Positions 52,979-63,051 of a DNA stretch of 64,000 bases are shown here, piece by piece; position 1 is the first letter of the stretch, and each line of letters starts with the position of its first letter. The notes below the pieces were generated by a model. The model had not been told where the DNA came from and did not search any database. It was given only the letters and a program-made list of their open reading frames with translations. Source of the DNA: Minisyncoccota bacterium. GTDB lineage: Bacteria; Patescibacteriota; Minisyncoccia; Phycocordibacterales; GCA-2401445. Both the position numbers and the translations under genes were made by a program. The stretch is from NCBI GenBank assembly GCA_040879725.1, contig JBBDJV010000015.1, positions 32,127-96,126 of the forward strand. The letters are read 5' to 3'.

Positions 52979-54415
52979 ATGGACAAAAAACCTGTTTATA
53001 TAACAACAACACTTCCGTATGTTAATGCAGAACCGCATATTGGTTTTGCTATGGAAATTGTGCGAGCTGATGCTCTAGCACGGTTTTTTAGAAATGAAGG
53101 TCATGACGTTTTTTTTAATACCGGAACCGATGAGCACGGCACAAAGATATATGAGAAAGCACGCGAGCTCGGGGAAGATACGCAAACGTTTACAGACCGT
53201 TTGGCGGAGAGATTTTTGGATCTTACTCGCGAACTGGGTATTTCAAATGATGCGTTTATCCGAACAACAAACGAACATCATAAACATTCAGCTCAGACAT
53301 TTTGGAAACTCGTAGATAGCAATGGGTATATTTACAAGAAAAAGTACAAGGGACTATATTGCGTGGGGTGTGAGCTGTTTGTAACCGAAAAAGATTTAGT
53401 GGATGGAAAGTGTCCGCATCACCCAACTAAAAAGCCAGAAATTTTAGAAGAGGAAAATTACTTTTTTAAATTCAGCGCATTTCAAGATGCATTAGAGAAG
53501 TATTATGCAGTGAATAAAACGTTCGTAACTCCTGATTTTCGTTTTAATGAAATAAAGGCTTTTCTTGGAAGGGGTTTGGAGGATTTCAGTATTTCACGTT
53601 CCAAAGAACGTATGCCGTGGGGGGTTCCTGTCCCGGGAGATGATACACAAGTGATGTATGTTTGGTTTGATGCGTTGGTAAATTACATTTCAACACTTGG
53701 GTGGCCTGAAGATACGGAAGGGAAGTATAAAACTTTTTGGGAAAATGGAGTGACAATACAGTATGCCGGTAAGGATAATCTCCGCCAGCAGTCTGCGATG
53801 TGGCAGGCAATGCTTCTATCTGCGGGTATTCCTTGTACGAACAACATCATAATCAACGGTTTTATTATGAGTGACGGACAAAAGATGAGTAAGTCACTCG
53901 GTAATGTAATTGACCCATTTGAGATAGTTTCAGAATATGGACGCGATGCTCTCCGTGCGTTTTTGTTACTCGAACTCTCTTCTTTTGAAGATAGTGACTT
54001 TACTATTGAACGCTTTAAAAGTGCGTACAATGCAAATATGGCAAATGGTATTGGCAACTTGTCTTCAAGAATTATGAAGCTTGCCGAGAAACATATTTCG
54101 CCAGTTAAAAAATTGGATAGTGAATTGCCAAGTGATTATCGGGAAGCTTTTGAAGAGTATAATTTACAACGTTCAGCGCAAATTGCGTGGCACTATATCC
54201 GTGACCTTGATAGGTATATACAAGAAACAGAACCATTTAAGGTGATTAAAGAGGATGAAGCTCGAGGGATAGAATTAATTGCGGAAACTGTTGTGCGGTT
54301 AGGGAAGATAGCTTATATGCTTATGCCGTTTATACCTGACACAAGTGAAAAAATCCTTGAGCATATCAGAGAAAATAAATCTTTCACTACTCCACTTTTC
54401 CTGCGAAAAGAATAA
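52979..54415 (+). CDS. metG: methionine--tRNA ligase (minimal form)
   Basis: 'TTTLPYVNAEPHIGF' (HIGH-type) and 'KMSKSLGNVI'. Confidence 0.9.
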   Translation: MDKKPVYITTTLPYVNAEPHIGFAMEIVRADALARFFRNEGHDVFFNTGTDEHGTKIYEKARELGEDTQTFTDRLAERFLDLTRELGISNDAFIRTTNEHHKHSAQTFWKLVDSNGYIYKKKYKGLYCVGCELFVTEKDLVDGKCPHHPTKKPEILEEENYFFKFSAFQDALEKYYAVNKTFVTPDFRFNEIKAFLGRGLEDFSISRSKERMPWGVPVPGDDTQVMYVWFDALVNYISTLGWPEDTEGKYKTFWENGVTIQYAGKDNLRQQSAMWQAMLLSAGIPCTNNIIINGFIMSDGQKMSKSLGNVIDPFEIVSEYGRDALRAFLLLELSSFEDSDFTIERFKSAYNANMANGIGNLSSRIMKLAEKHISPVKKLDSELPSDYREAFEEYNLQRSAQIAWHYIRDLDRYIQETEPFKVIKEDEARGIELIAETVVRLGKIAYMLMPFIPDTSEKILEHIRENKSFTTPLFLRKE

Positions 54416-54416
54416 T

Positions 54417-55754
54417 ATGCGGTTTTTTAGTACAAGCAATAAAGAACGCACATTGATTCGTTCTTCGTTCAAAGAAGTTATTATGGAAGGACAGGCGCCT
54501 GACGGAGGTTTGTACATGCCTGAGTACATACCTTCATTTTCTGAAGAAGAGCTTTCCTCACTTTCTAAGTGTTCGCTTAGTGAGTGTGCGTACGCTTTGC
54601 TTTCAAAGTATGTAGAGGGAGAAATTCCTGATACTGAACTCAAGTCGCTTTTAAATGACGCGTATACATTTGAAGTTCCTATTCAGCCTGTGTACGGGGA
54701 ACACTCTATTATGCGTCTTGATGAAGGTCCTACGGCATCATTTAAAGATATCGCTGCGCAGGCAATGGCTCGCATGGTGGGATACTTTTTAAAACAAGAT
54801 AAAAAAGAGTCTGTAATACTCGTTGCGACATCAGGAGACACGGGGAGCGCGGTGGCTCATGCGTACCACAAAATTCCCGGTGTTACAGTAGTTATTCTTT
54901 TTCCTGAAGGGGAGGTAAGCGAGCGACAGCGCAAACAGATGACGACATTAAAAGATAATGTACACGCTATTGCGGTTAAGGGTAAATTTGATGATTGCCA
55001 AAGAATGGTAAAGAAAGCATTTGCTGATACAAAACTGGCAGAGTATCCTCTTACTTCAGCAAACTCTATTAACTTGGGTCGCTTGTTACCGCAGGCATCG
55101 TATTACCTATACGCGTATGCGCAGATCAATAAACCGTTGGTGTACGCTATACCATCCGGAAATTTTGGGAATATGATGGGTGGGATGATCGCAAGCCGTA
55201 TGGGAGTGCCAGTGGTAAAGTTTGTTATCGGAGTGAATGATAACGATTCATTTCCTCTGTTCCTCAAGACGGATACATTTTCTCCTATCACTCCTTCACG
55301 AAATAGTATCTCAAATGCGATGAATGTTGGACATCCGAGCAACTTAGCTCGAATAGTTTCTCTCTTTGGTGGAACGCTCGATGGAGCGGGGAATATGGAA
55401 GTACAGCCCAACATGAATGAAATGCGCAGCGAGCTCGTAAGTGTTTCTGTAAATGACGCAGAAACAAAAGCCGTCATGAAGAAAGTATACGATGAATACG
55501 GAGTGATACTGGAACCTCACGGGGCGGTTGGGTGGTCTGCACTTCACGAAAAACATCCTGAACTCACAGCTTACCCAAGCATTGTTATTGAAACGGCACA
55601 TCCAGCGAAATTCAACACTACGGTAAAAGAGGTGCTTAATGTCGAGCCTCCGCTTCCTGAAAGTATTTCGGTACCACTTTCAAAGGAGGAAGAATACACA
55701 ACTATTTCATCTGAGTATGATGAATTTGTTTCAACACTTTTAAAAATAATATGA
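54417..55754 (+). CDS. thrC: threonine synthase
   Basis: 'EGQAPDGGLYMPE', with the PLP lysine in 'ASFKDIA'. I moved the start from the ORF-track ATG at 54345 to the ATG at 54417, immediately after the metG stop. Confidence 0.8.
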   Translation: MRFFSTSNKERTLIRSSFKEVIMEGQAPDGGLYMPEYIPSFSEEELSSLSKCSLSECAYALLSKYVEGEIPDTELKSLLNDAYTFEVPIQPVYGEHSIMRLDEGPTASFKDIAAQAMARMVGYFLKQDKKESVILVATSGDTGSAVAHAYHKIPGVTVVILFPEGEVSERQRKQMTTLKDNVHAIAVKGKFDDCQRMVKKAFADTKLAEYPLTSANSINLGRLLPQASYYLYAYAQINKPLVYAIPSGNFGNMMGGMIASRMGVPVVKFVIGVNDNDSFPLFLKTDTFSPITPSRNSISNAMNVGHPSNLARIVSLFGGTLDGAGNMEVQPNMNEMRSELVSVSVNDAETKAVMKKVYDEYGVILEPHGAVGWSALHEKHPELTAYPSIVIETAHPAKFNTTVKEVLNVEPPLPESISVPLSKEEEYTTISSEYDEFVSTLLKII

Positions 55755-56593
55755 AATACATCGACATACATGCGCACCTAAACTTTGCGGTGTACCAAGA
55801 CGACTTATCTGAAGTTGTAAAACGAACAGAAGAAGCAGAAGTAGCGGTTATTAATGTAGGGACACAGAAGAATACTTCAGAAAAAGCGGTACAGCTCGCT
55901 CTCGCACATAAACACATGTACGCTATTGTCGGTCTACATCCTATTCATACGGAAGCGTGTTTCCATGATGAAAGCGAGTTAGGGGCAGGCAATGATGCAT
56001 TTACTTCTCGAGGTGAGGAGTTTGATTATGAATTCTATAAAACATTAGGTAAGAGTGAAAAAGTTGTGGGGATAGGTGAGTGTGGACTCGATTATTTTCG
56101 GTTAACTGATGGTTCGTACTCGGCTCAGAGTGAAGCTTTTGATGCACAGCTAAGACTTGCTGAAGAGTTAAAAAAGCCAGTTATGCTCCATACGCGCCCA
56201 CAGAAAGGTGTGGGAAGGAGAGTGTACGCTGATGTGCTTGAGCATTTGAAACGCTATCCAAATGTTGTTGGTAATTTACATTTTTTTGCCGGTACGTGGG
56301 AAGAAGCAAAGGAATTTTTAAATATCGGATACACACTGTCTGCAACGGGAGTTATTACTTTTGTTACTGATTACCACGAAGTTATAAAAAATATTCCACT
56401 TGAAAGTTTGATGTCTGAAACAGACTGTCCTTATGTTACGCCTGTGCCATTTAGGGGGCAGAGGAACGAACCAATACATGTGCGAGAGGTAGTAAAGAAG
56501 ATAGCTGAAATTAAAAATCTTCCGTTAGAAGAAGTGCGAATTCAGTTACTTAAGAACGCAGAAAGGGTTTTTGGTATTAGTCTTAGTTCGTAA
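55751..56593 (+). CDS. tatD: TatD-family metal-dependent hydrolase/DNase
   Basis: 'MKYIDIHAHLNF', 'GECGLDY' and 'LHTR' are TatD motifs. It overlaps thrC by 4 nt. Confidence 0.85.
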   Translation: MKYIDIHAHLNFAVYQDDLSEVVKRTEEAEVAVINVGTQKNTSEKAVQLALAHKHMYAIVGLHPIHTEACFHDESELGAGNDAFTSRGEEFDYEFYKTLGKSEKVVGIGECGLDYFRLTDGSYSAQSEAFDAQLRLAEELKKPVMLHTRPQKGVGRRVYADVLEHLKRYPNVVGNLHFFAGTWEEAKEFLNIGYTLSATGVITFVTDYHEVIKNIPLESLMSETDCPYVTPVPFRGQRNEPIHVREVVKKIAEIKNLPLEEVRIQLLKNAERVFGISLSS

Positions 56594-56784
56594 TTTCCTT
56601 ATAGAAGCTCAAAGGAAGGTGGAAATATAAGGGTATTGGATATTCGGGTAAGCTATCTCTCTTATTTGCAGCACTACTTGCTCGATAAGGCTCTTTTGTG
56701 GTACTCTTATGCCCACGTAGGTTACTTGTCGGGTAGCTCTACGAATCCAAGGATAATCCTTGGATAGTAAATTAACAACACATT

Positions 56785-57306
56785 ATGTCAGAAAAAATGC
56801 ATGATGATATGCCGGAGGTAAAAGTATATGAAATAGGATACTGGCTCTCTCCGCTCATTGCCGAAGAACACGTTGGGCAGCATGTCACTGAGATTAAGGA
56901 TATGTTGGAAAAAGCAGGTGCAAACATGATTTCGGAAGAATTTCCGAGAGAACGAGCACTTGCCTACCCGATAACTCAGTCTGTTGAACACAAAAACACT
57001 GTGTTTACCAAAGGATACTTCGGATGGGTGAAGTTTGAGCTTACACCAAACGCTATCAAAGAAGTCGAAGACTTTATGAGAAGCTACCAGTTGGCGTTTC
57101 GTTATATTGTTATTCTAACAGTAAAAGAAAACACCATTTCAGAAAAACGGGTAGCTGAAGTAAAGAAGGGTGAGCCTGTAGGAGAGAAGACTCCTCAGTC
57201 AAGCGCAGAAGGTGATTCTCTTGCAAAGAGCAAGAAAAAGACCGGCGATGACCCAATATCTGAAGAAGACCTCGATAAGACCATTGATGATCTTGTCATT
57301 GAGTAG
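56785..57306 (+). CDS. rpsF: 30S ribosomal protein S6 with a C-terminal extension
   Basis: 'VKVYEIGYWLSP...GYFGWVKFELTPNAIKEVEDFMR' is S6-like. Confidence 0.8.
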   Translation: MSEKMHDDMPEVKVYEIGYWLSPLIAEEHVGQHVTEIKDMLEKAGANMISEEFPRERALAYPITQSVEHKNTVFTKGYFGWVKFELTPNAIKEVEDFMRSYQLAFRYIVILTVKENTISEKRVAEVKKGEPVGEKTPQSSAEGDSLAKSKKKTGDDPISEEDLDKTIDDLVIE

Positions 57307-57351
57307 TACTATTAAGTTACTTCAGTCTCTTATTAACTAACTGAAAACGGT

Positions 57352-57816
57352 ATGTATCTCAACAAAGCACTCGTATATGGAAATCTCACTCGCGATCCGG
57401 AAATGCGCGCACTTCCTTCGGGAGTACAAATTGCAAGTTTCTCGGTAGCGACAAACAGGGTCTGGAAAGACAAAAATGGCGCTCGACAGGAATCAACCGA
57501 CTATCACAACATTGTGGTATTCGGTCGTCAGGCAGAAACTGCCGGACAGTACCTGAAAAAAGGAAGTGGTGTTTTTGTAGAAGGACGAATGCAAACCAGA
57601 AGCTGGGAAGCGGATGGTGGGAAGAAATATCGAACTGAAATTGTTGCAGATCGTGTACAGTTTGGTCCTCGAGGAGGAGCGGGAGGTGATAGTGGCGGTT
57701 CACGCACAAGTGCTGAAAAGCCACAAAAGACCGAAAAAGCACCTCAAAAGGACGACTCTATGGATTCTATTGATTATCCTGAAGAGGATATAAATCCGGA
57801 GGATATACCGTTTTAA
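57352..57816 (+). CDS. ssb: single-stranded DNA-binding protein
   Basis: OB-fold 'LNKALVYGNLTRDPEMR...TDYHNIVVFGRQAE', a Gly-rich tail, and a C-terminal 'DIPF'. Confidence 0.9.
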   Translation: MYLNKALVYGNLTRDPEMRALPSGVQIASFSVATNRVWKDKNGARQESTDYHNIVVFGRQAETAGQYLKKGSGVFVEGRMQTRSWEADGGKKYRTEIVADRVQFGPRGGAGGDSGGSRTSAEKPQKTEKAPQKDDSMDSIDYPEEDINPEDIPF

Positions 57817-57834
57817 TTAACCCAATTTACGTTT

Positions 57835-58035
57835 ATGGCACAATGCTATTTCACACAAAACGGGATTAAGCATATTGACTATAAGGATATTGAACTTCTC
57901 AAGAAGTTTATCAATCCTCATGCACGTATGCAGTCTCGAAAGCGGACAGGAGTAAGTGCAAAAAACCAGCGAAAGCTGGCACTTGCAATAAAACGCGCTC
58001 GATACATGGGATTACTTCCTTACGTATTACGATAA
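57835..58035 (+). CDS. rpsR: 30S ribosomal protein S18
   Basis: '[13 protein letters not shown]...[25 protein letters not shown]'. Confidence 0.9.
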   Translation: MAQCYFTQNGIKHIDYKDIELLKKFINPHARMQSRKRTGVSAKNQRKLALAIKRARYMGLLPYVLR

Positions 58036-58039
58036 TAAA

Positions 58040-58067
58040 AAACGCCCTTCATAAGGGCATTTTTTAT
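58040..58067 (+). terminator. rho-independent terminator after rpsR
   Basis: 'gccctt cata aagggc' followed by ATTTTTT. Confidence 0.75.
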
Positions 58068-58104
58068 ATGAAAAGAGAAAGGGAAAGAGGAAAGGGGTTT
58101 TTAT

Positions 58105-58140
58105 AAAATAAAAACCCCCTCGCACCGAAGTGCGAGGGGA
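58105..58140 (-). terminator. minus-strand intrinsic terminator
   Basis: On the minus strand this reads 'cccctcgcac uucg gugcgagggg' followed by UUUUUAUUUU. Confidence 0.65.
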
Positions 58141-58487
58141 TGATGCGGAGCAATGTGTTCCACTTTAGCCTTACCTGGATGACTCGTTCGTTCACTGAGT
58201 GAGCTTAGAGAAAACATACAGGCAGATTTCCACAACCAACACGTCGACGTGTTTTCCGCGCATCCACTTGGATATGCAATATCAGCTGTTAACCGAGTTG
58301 TGTACTAGGGATTTCTCTACCCTGTAAGAGACTGCAAGTTCCGTCTATAACCGGCAGTTGTATCATTCAAGGATGTTGAGGTCCCACGACCCTGCGTGCT
58401 AACAAGTAATACAAGCAGACAGTTTTAGGCTATTCCCGTTTAAGGGAATCATTATTATTTTCTTGCGGAAGGGACAGTGCTTTCCAT
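58105..58487 (-). ncRNA. candidate ~380-nt structured noncoding RNA of unassigned class
   Basis: A 517-bp gap between convergent rpsR and efp has no ORF of 60 aa or longer on either strand. A minus-strand promoter lies at 58488..58516 and a minus-strand terminator at 58105..58140. Several internal hairpins are present, including the palindrome 'aacacgtcgacgtgtt'. Confidence 0.3.
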
Positions 58488-58516
58488 ATACTATAGAAAA
58501 GTGATTTTATTGTCAA
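58488..58516 (-). promoter_or_regulatory. candidate minus-strand sigma70 promoter
   Basis: On the minus strand it reads TTGACA, a 17-nt spacer, then TAGTAT. Confidence 0.4.
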
Positions 58517-58552
58517 TAACCGCTCATGTGAGCGGTTATTTAGTGACAAGTA

Positions 58553-59122
58553 TTATTTTACCCGTTCTACGTATTCGCCAGTTACTGTATTTATACGTAG
58601 AAATTCTCCTTCTTCAATAAACATAGGAACTGTTACCATTGCACCTGTTTCAAGCTTTACGAGCTTATTTCCGCCTTGTGCGGTACTTCCTTTTACGTTT
58701 GGCGGAGCTTCGACTACTTTAAGATCCACTTTGTGGGGAAGCTCTACTCCGATAACTTGTTCATTGAATATAAGCGCGGTAATAGTCGAGTTGGGAAGTA
58801 GATACTGTGTTGCTGAACCAAGCAGTGCTTCTTCTAGCTTGAAGCGCTTTGAAGCATCGTTTGCGTCACAGAACCACCATTCTCCCTTATTGCTGTAGAG
58901 GAATTTTTTATCTACCTTTTCAATGTCTGCTTCCTGCACTTTATCAGATACGTGGAATGAATACTCAGTCACGCGACCAGATATCATATTTTTCAGCTTT
59001 GTTGCATTTACCGGTTTACGTTGTTGCTTGCGAAATACGTGACTGGTAAGTACTTCAAACGGTTCACCATCCATAATGATGTATTTTCGTTCGCGGATTT
59101 CATTGTATTCAAGCATTGACAT
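58553..59122 (-). CDS. efp: elongation factor P
   Basis: 'MLEYNEIRERKYIIMDGEPFEVL...RKQQRKPVNATKLKNMISG' is the EF-P pattern. I chose the start by homology; the ORF-track start is 59140. Confidence 0.85.
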   Translation of the reverse strand: MSMLEYNEIRERKYIIMDGEPFEVLTSHVFRKQQRKPVNATKLKNMISGRVTEYSFHVSDKVQEADIEKVDKKFLYSNKGEWWFCDANDASKRFKLEEALLGSATQYLLPNSTITALIFNEQVIGVELPHKVDLKVVEAPPNVKGSTAQGGNKLVKLETGAMVTVPMFIEEGEFLRINTVTGEYVERVK

Positions 59123-59191
59123 AAAACATAGCGTATACACGCTCGGTTATATAAATAATATGATGAGTGTAGCCCAAGGGCTCAAAAAAGT

Positions 59192-60232
59192 CTAGTTGTT
59201 TGCGTTTGCTTTAGAAGTACGTTCCTCTTTCATTTTTTCACGGACTTCTTTGAGTATTGCGTCGGCTATTTTCTTTTCGGACTTTAGTAATTGTCTGGTT
59301 GCGTCATAGCCACGTCCAAGTTTTGTCTCTCCGTATGAGTATGAAGAACCACTTTTTTGAACGATGCCGTATTTTTCACCGAGTGCGATAAGCTCTCCCT
59401 CGCGAGAAATTCCTTCGTTGTACATAAGGTCAAACTCAGTGTTTCGGAAAGGTGCCGCAACTTTGTTTTTAACCACTTTTGCTCGTACGCGACCTCCCAT
59501 GATTTCATCTCCTTTCTTTATTTGAGCGATACGTCGAATATCAATACGTACTGATGTGTAGAACTTGAGAGCCTTTCCTCCTGGTGTGGTTTCCGGATTA
59601 CCAAACATCACTCCAATCTGCATTCGAATTTGGTTGATGAAAATAACGATTGTTTTTGACTTCGCAACAATACCGGTGAGTTTTCTCAGGGCTTGAGACA
59701 TTAAGCGTGCTTGCTTTCCAACATGGTGAGCTCCCATTTCTCCCTCGATTTCATCTTTTGGTGTGAGTGCCGCAACGGAGTCTATGACAATAACATCTAC
59801 TTTTCCTGAACGAACCAAACTCTCGGTTATTTCAAGTGCCTGTTCTCCGGTATCTGGCTGTGAGATAAGTAGCTCATCTATTTTAACACCAAGCCGTCCT
59901 GCGTATTCCGGATCCATAGCATGTTCAGCATCTATAAAAGCACAAATACCGTTTTTCTTTTGCGCTTCGGCAATTACGTGGAGGGAGAGGGTTGTTTTTC
60001 CTGAAGATTCAGGTCCATAGATTTCAACAATTCGTCCTCGTGGAAGACCTCCGACACCGAGGGCGTCATCAAGTCCGATAGATCCTGTGGAGACTGAATC
60101 AATATTTACATGAGGTTTGTTCCCGAGTGTCATGATCGCCTCGTCACCAAACTTAGTTTTTATTTGAGCAATGGTGGCGTCAATGTTTGGACGTTCGGTT
60201 TTTTCTACTGGTTTGGTACTTTTTTTAGGCAT
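59192..60232 (-). CDS. recA: recombinase RecA
   Basis: '[20 protein letters not shown]' (Walker A) and 'FINQIR'. Confidence 0.95.
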   Translation of the reverse strand: MPKKSTKPVEKTERPNIDATIAQIKTKFGDEAIMTLGNKPHVNIDSVSTGSIGLDDALGVGGLPRGRIVEIYGPESSGKTTLSLHVIAEAQKKNGICAFIDAEHAMDPEYAGRLGVKIDELLISQPDTGEQALEITESLVRSGKVDVIVIDSVAALTPKDEIEGEMGAHHVGKQARLMSQALRKLTGIVAKSKTIVIFINQIRMQIGVMFGNPETTPGGKALKFYTSVRIDIRRIAQIKKGDEIMGGRVRAKVVKNKVAAPFRNTEFDLMYNEGISREGELIALGEKYGIVQKSGSSYSYGETKLGRGYDATRQLLKSEKKIADAILKEVREKMKEERTSKANANN

Positions 60233-60233
60233 A

Positions 60234-60587
60234 TTACTGTGTTCGTACTAATTGTAATGTTTTTGTCACAGACCTGTTAAAACGGTCTTTCGCTGTCATC
60301 TCAATTATAGTATAGCCGAGAGGGAGGAGCAATTTTTCACTAAAGTTGCCTTCTTCGGTAATAAAAATCTCACGGTCGTTTAGCGTCAGGGTGCTAATAC
60401 GCTCTGTTTTCCCTAAAATGGTAATTGATGTTGTTCCGGTAGAGCTGTGGTTTAACGGCTCAAATATTTCGAGGTGAGGTCCAGCTAGTAGCGGTCTTGC
60501 TTGGTAGTACGCGTATAAGCCGATACCTAGTATAACTCCTATGATAGCAATGCGTTTTATGTACGTGAGAAAGTCAGTTTCCATCAT
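60234..60587 (-). CDS. hypothetical small N-terminally anchored protein between ftsK and recA
   Basis: TM '[16 protein letters not shown]'. It lies 1 to 2 nt from both neighbours. Confidence 0.5.
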   Translation of the reverse strand: MMETDFLTYIKRIAIIGVILGIGLYAYYQARPLLAGPHLEIFEPLNHSSTGTTSITILGKTERISTLTLNDREIFITEEGNFSEKLLLPLGYTIIEMTAKDRFNRSVTKTLQLVRTQ

Positions 60588-60589
60588 TC

Positions 60590-62923
60590 TTAGCGGTTAT
60601 TTTCATCTTCTTCGTCAGCGTACTCTTCGTCTGATTCGTCAGATTCTGTACCAAGGGCTGAGTCTTCTTCTGCTTCATCATCTTCGTTCCTGTAAATCTC
60701 TCTTGGTTTAGAACCGTTTTTAGGACCGATAATTCCGTTTTCCTCAAGCTGGTCAATAATTTTTGCAGAACGTGAATAGCCGATTCCAAGTCTTCTTTGT
60801 AGGTAGGATATTGATGCTTGTCCCGATTCAAAAATAATCGCTTTTGCCTCGTCATACTTAGGATCTTCAGACTTCTCGTCATCGTCAGAAATTGCTCCAA
60901 AGGCAAGGTTCTTTTCTTTTACTTCAGAGAGGTCGATTTGTGTGTTGAGTTCTCCCAGATAAGCATCCTTAAGATATTTCACTACTTCCTTCACTTCTTC
61001 TTCTGAAATAAATGATGCTTGAATACGCTGAGGTTTAGACATCTCTCCGGATATATAGAGCATATCTCCTGAACCAAGGAGTTTTTCTGCTCCTGCACTG
61101 TCCAAAATTGTCCGAGAGTCAATCTGTGACGCAACCTGAAGGGCAATACGTGCTGGTACGTTTGCCTTGATAAGACCCGTGATGACGTTTACTGAAGGAC
61201 GTTGTGTAGAGAGAATAAGGTGAATACCAACCGCACGACTCATTTGTGCAAGGCGCACAATACCGGCTTCCAGCTCTCGTGGATACATCTGCATTATGTC
61301 AGCCAACTCATCAATAATAAAGACCACAAAAGGCATCATTTCCGGAGGTTGCGGTTCTTCGCTTTCTTCTTTTTCTGCGTCTGAAAGTCCTTCGTACTTT
61401 TCTTTTGCTTTTTTGTATTTCTCCAGTAAGGGGTTTCGTATATTTTCGTGATATGACTCGATATCTCTTACTTGTTCAGCTTCCAGTATGTCGTACCGGC
61501 GTGTCATTTCATTAACCGCCCATTTGAGTGCCTTTAAACAATCTCTTGGATCGGTAATAACCGGAGTCAGAAGGTGAGGTATTTTGTTGTACATAGTAAG
61601 TTCAACTCTTTTTGGGTCAACCATGAGCAACTTCATATTTTCAGGAGAGTTGCGATAGAGGAGAGAAATAAGAAGGTTGTGTATTGTTACCGATTTTCCG
61701 GCACCGGTTGCACCAGCTACAAGCAGGTGGGGCATTTTTGCAAGGTTTGCGAAATGAGGTGCACCGGAAATACCTTTTCCAAGTGATACGAGAAGTTGCT
61801 TTGGTGATTTTTGGTAATCAGGACTCGCAAGCAAGCTACCCAAGCCCACTTTTGTTTTCGTGCTGTTTGGTATCTCAATTCCCACGAGTGACTTCCCTGG
61901 GATTGGAGCTTCAATACGAATAGGGTGTGCAGCGAGCGCGAGAGAGAGGTCACTCTGGAGTCCGACAATACGGGAGAGCTTAACCCCTTCTGCGGGCTTA
62001 AGTGAGTAGCGGGTTACCGATGGTCCAATATTGATTTCGTCCATCTCGACATTGATGCCGAAGTTCTGAAGAGAGCGCTTGATAATATTTGCATTTGCTT
62101 TTATGTCGCCAACACCAGGCTTACCTTTATCATGCGCAAGAAGAGAGAGGGGGGGTGTGGAATACGGACGCCCTACGTATGACTCATGGGGAGAGAGAAC
62201 AAGGTCATCACTCTCAGCTTCCGGTTTTGCTTTCTTTTGTCGACGAGGGGTTACCTCTTCTTCATCTACTTCCTCACTTTCATCCTCTTCTTCATCATCC
62301 TCATCTTCTGCTTCACTTTCTTCCTCCGAGAGCTCTTCTACTTCTTTAGGGTCGAGACCGACAACTGAAATACCATCAACATCAACCTGATTTTTTTGAA
62401 ACCATTTTCTCCAGAAAAGGAGTTTTTCAAAATGCAGTTCTGAGTTAAGCGTGATAAGTATTGAAACAAAAAGAAGTGAAATCAAAATAAGCGTGCTTGG
62501 TATATTTCCAAAGAGTGACACAAGAGGTTTTTCAAGTAACTCACCAAACAAGCCGGATCCGTTTTCAGATGCGCGTGCTATCAGACCAAGACCCGATAAG
62601 AAAAATAAAACAATACCTACAATGCGAGACTTAGGAAGGTCCGTGTGGAGTGCTCTGAAGTACGCAAAAGAAAAGAAGAGAGCGGTAGCAGGAAGGAGAA
62701 AGTAACCAATCCCGAGGAGGTTGGTAAACCAATTAAAAAGTTTGTTTCCTACAACTCCTGCTATTTCAAGGGGTGCCAAAAAAAGTATTACTGCAATCAG
62801 TAAAAAGAATGTTCCCGACACCATGTGTCGAGTGCTCTCATTTAATTCGCTTATGAATGAAGGACGCTTATCAATTTTTTTCTTTCTGCCCATACAAGAG
62901 AATTGTATCACGCTGAAAAGCAA
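60590..62923 (-). CDS. ftsK: DNA translocase FtsK/SpoIIIE
   Basis: N-terminal TM segments, an acidic linker, the motor Walker A 'LLVAGATGAGKS', and the gamma winged-helix 'ISYLQRRLGIGYSRSAKIIDQLEENGIIGP'. Confidence 0.9.
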   Translation of the reverse strand: MLFSVIQFSCMGRKKKIDKRPSFISELNESTRHMVSGTFFLLIAVILFLAPLEIAGVVGNKLFNWFTNLLGIGYFLLPATALFFSFAYFRALHTDLPKSRIVGIVLFFLSGLGLIARASENGSGLFGELLEKPLVSLFGNIPSTLILISLLFVSILITLNSELHFEKLLFWRKWFQKNQVDVDGISVVGLDPKEVEELSEEESEAEDEDDEEEDESEEVDEEEVTPRRQKKAKPEAESDDLVLSPHESYVGRPYSTPPLSLLAHDKGKPGVGDIKANANIIKRSLQNFGINVEMDEINIGPSVTRYSLKPAEGVKLSRIVGLQSDLSLALAAHPIRIEAPIPGKSLVGIEIPNSTKTKVGLGSLLASPDYQKSPKQLLVSLGKGISGAPHFANLAKMPHLLVAGATGAGKSVTIHNLLISLLYRNSPENMKLLMVDPKRVELTMYNKIPHLLTPVITDPRDCLKALKWAVNEMTRRYDILEAEQVRDIESYHENIRNPLLEKYKKAKEKYEGLSDAEKEESEEPQPPEMMPFVVFIIDELADIMQMYPRELEAGIVRLAQMSRAVGIHLILSTQRPSVNVITGLIKANVPARIALQVASQIDSRTILDSAGAEKLLGSGDMLYISGEMSKPQRIQASFISEEEVKEVVKYLKDAYLGELNTQIDLSEVKEKNLAFGAISDDDEKSEDPKYDEAKAIIFESGQASISYLQRRLGIGYSRSAKIIDQLEENGIIGPKNGSKPREIYRNEDDEAEEDSALGTESDESDEEYADEEDENNR

Positions 62924-63051
62924 TTCAGTAATGGTAAAAGCCGTAATAAATCTTTGACTTTTAGGCTCGTCCTATATACACTGAGACTGTGAGACAAAAA
63001 CTATAAAAGTCATACTCTAAGACATAAATTGTCCCATAAAGCATAAGCAAT

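Noticed and set aside
56594-56784. 190-bp leader upstream of rpsF, with the hairpin 'ccaaggataatccttgg' at 56745-56761, as a possible ribosomal-protein leader or ncRNA
   Set aside because: I cannot place it in any known class and it has no clear promoter or terminator pair. I note it only as a possible autoregulatory leader for the rpsF-ssb-rpsR operon.
58105-58487. Calling the candidate ncRNA RNase P RNA or tmRNA
   Set aside because: Segments reminiscent of RNase P CR-II and CR-V occur in the wrong 5' to 3' order, and no P4 'GGAAAGUCCGGGC' is present. No tmRNA tRNA-like 3' end (GGUUCGAUUCC...CCA) or tag reading frame is visible. The class is left unassigned.
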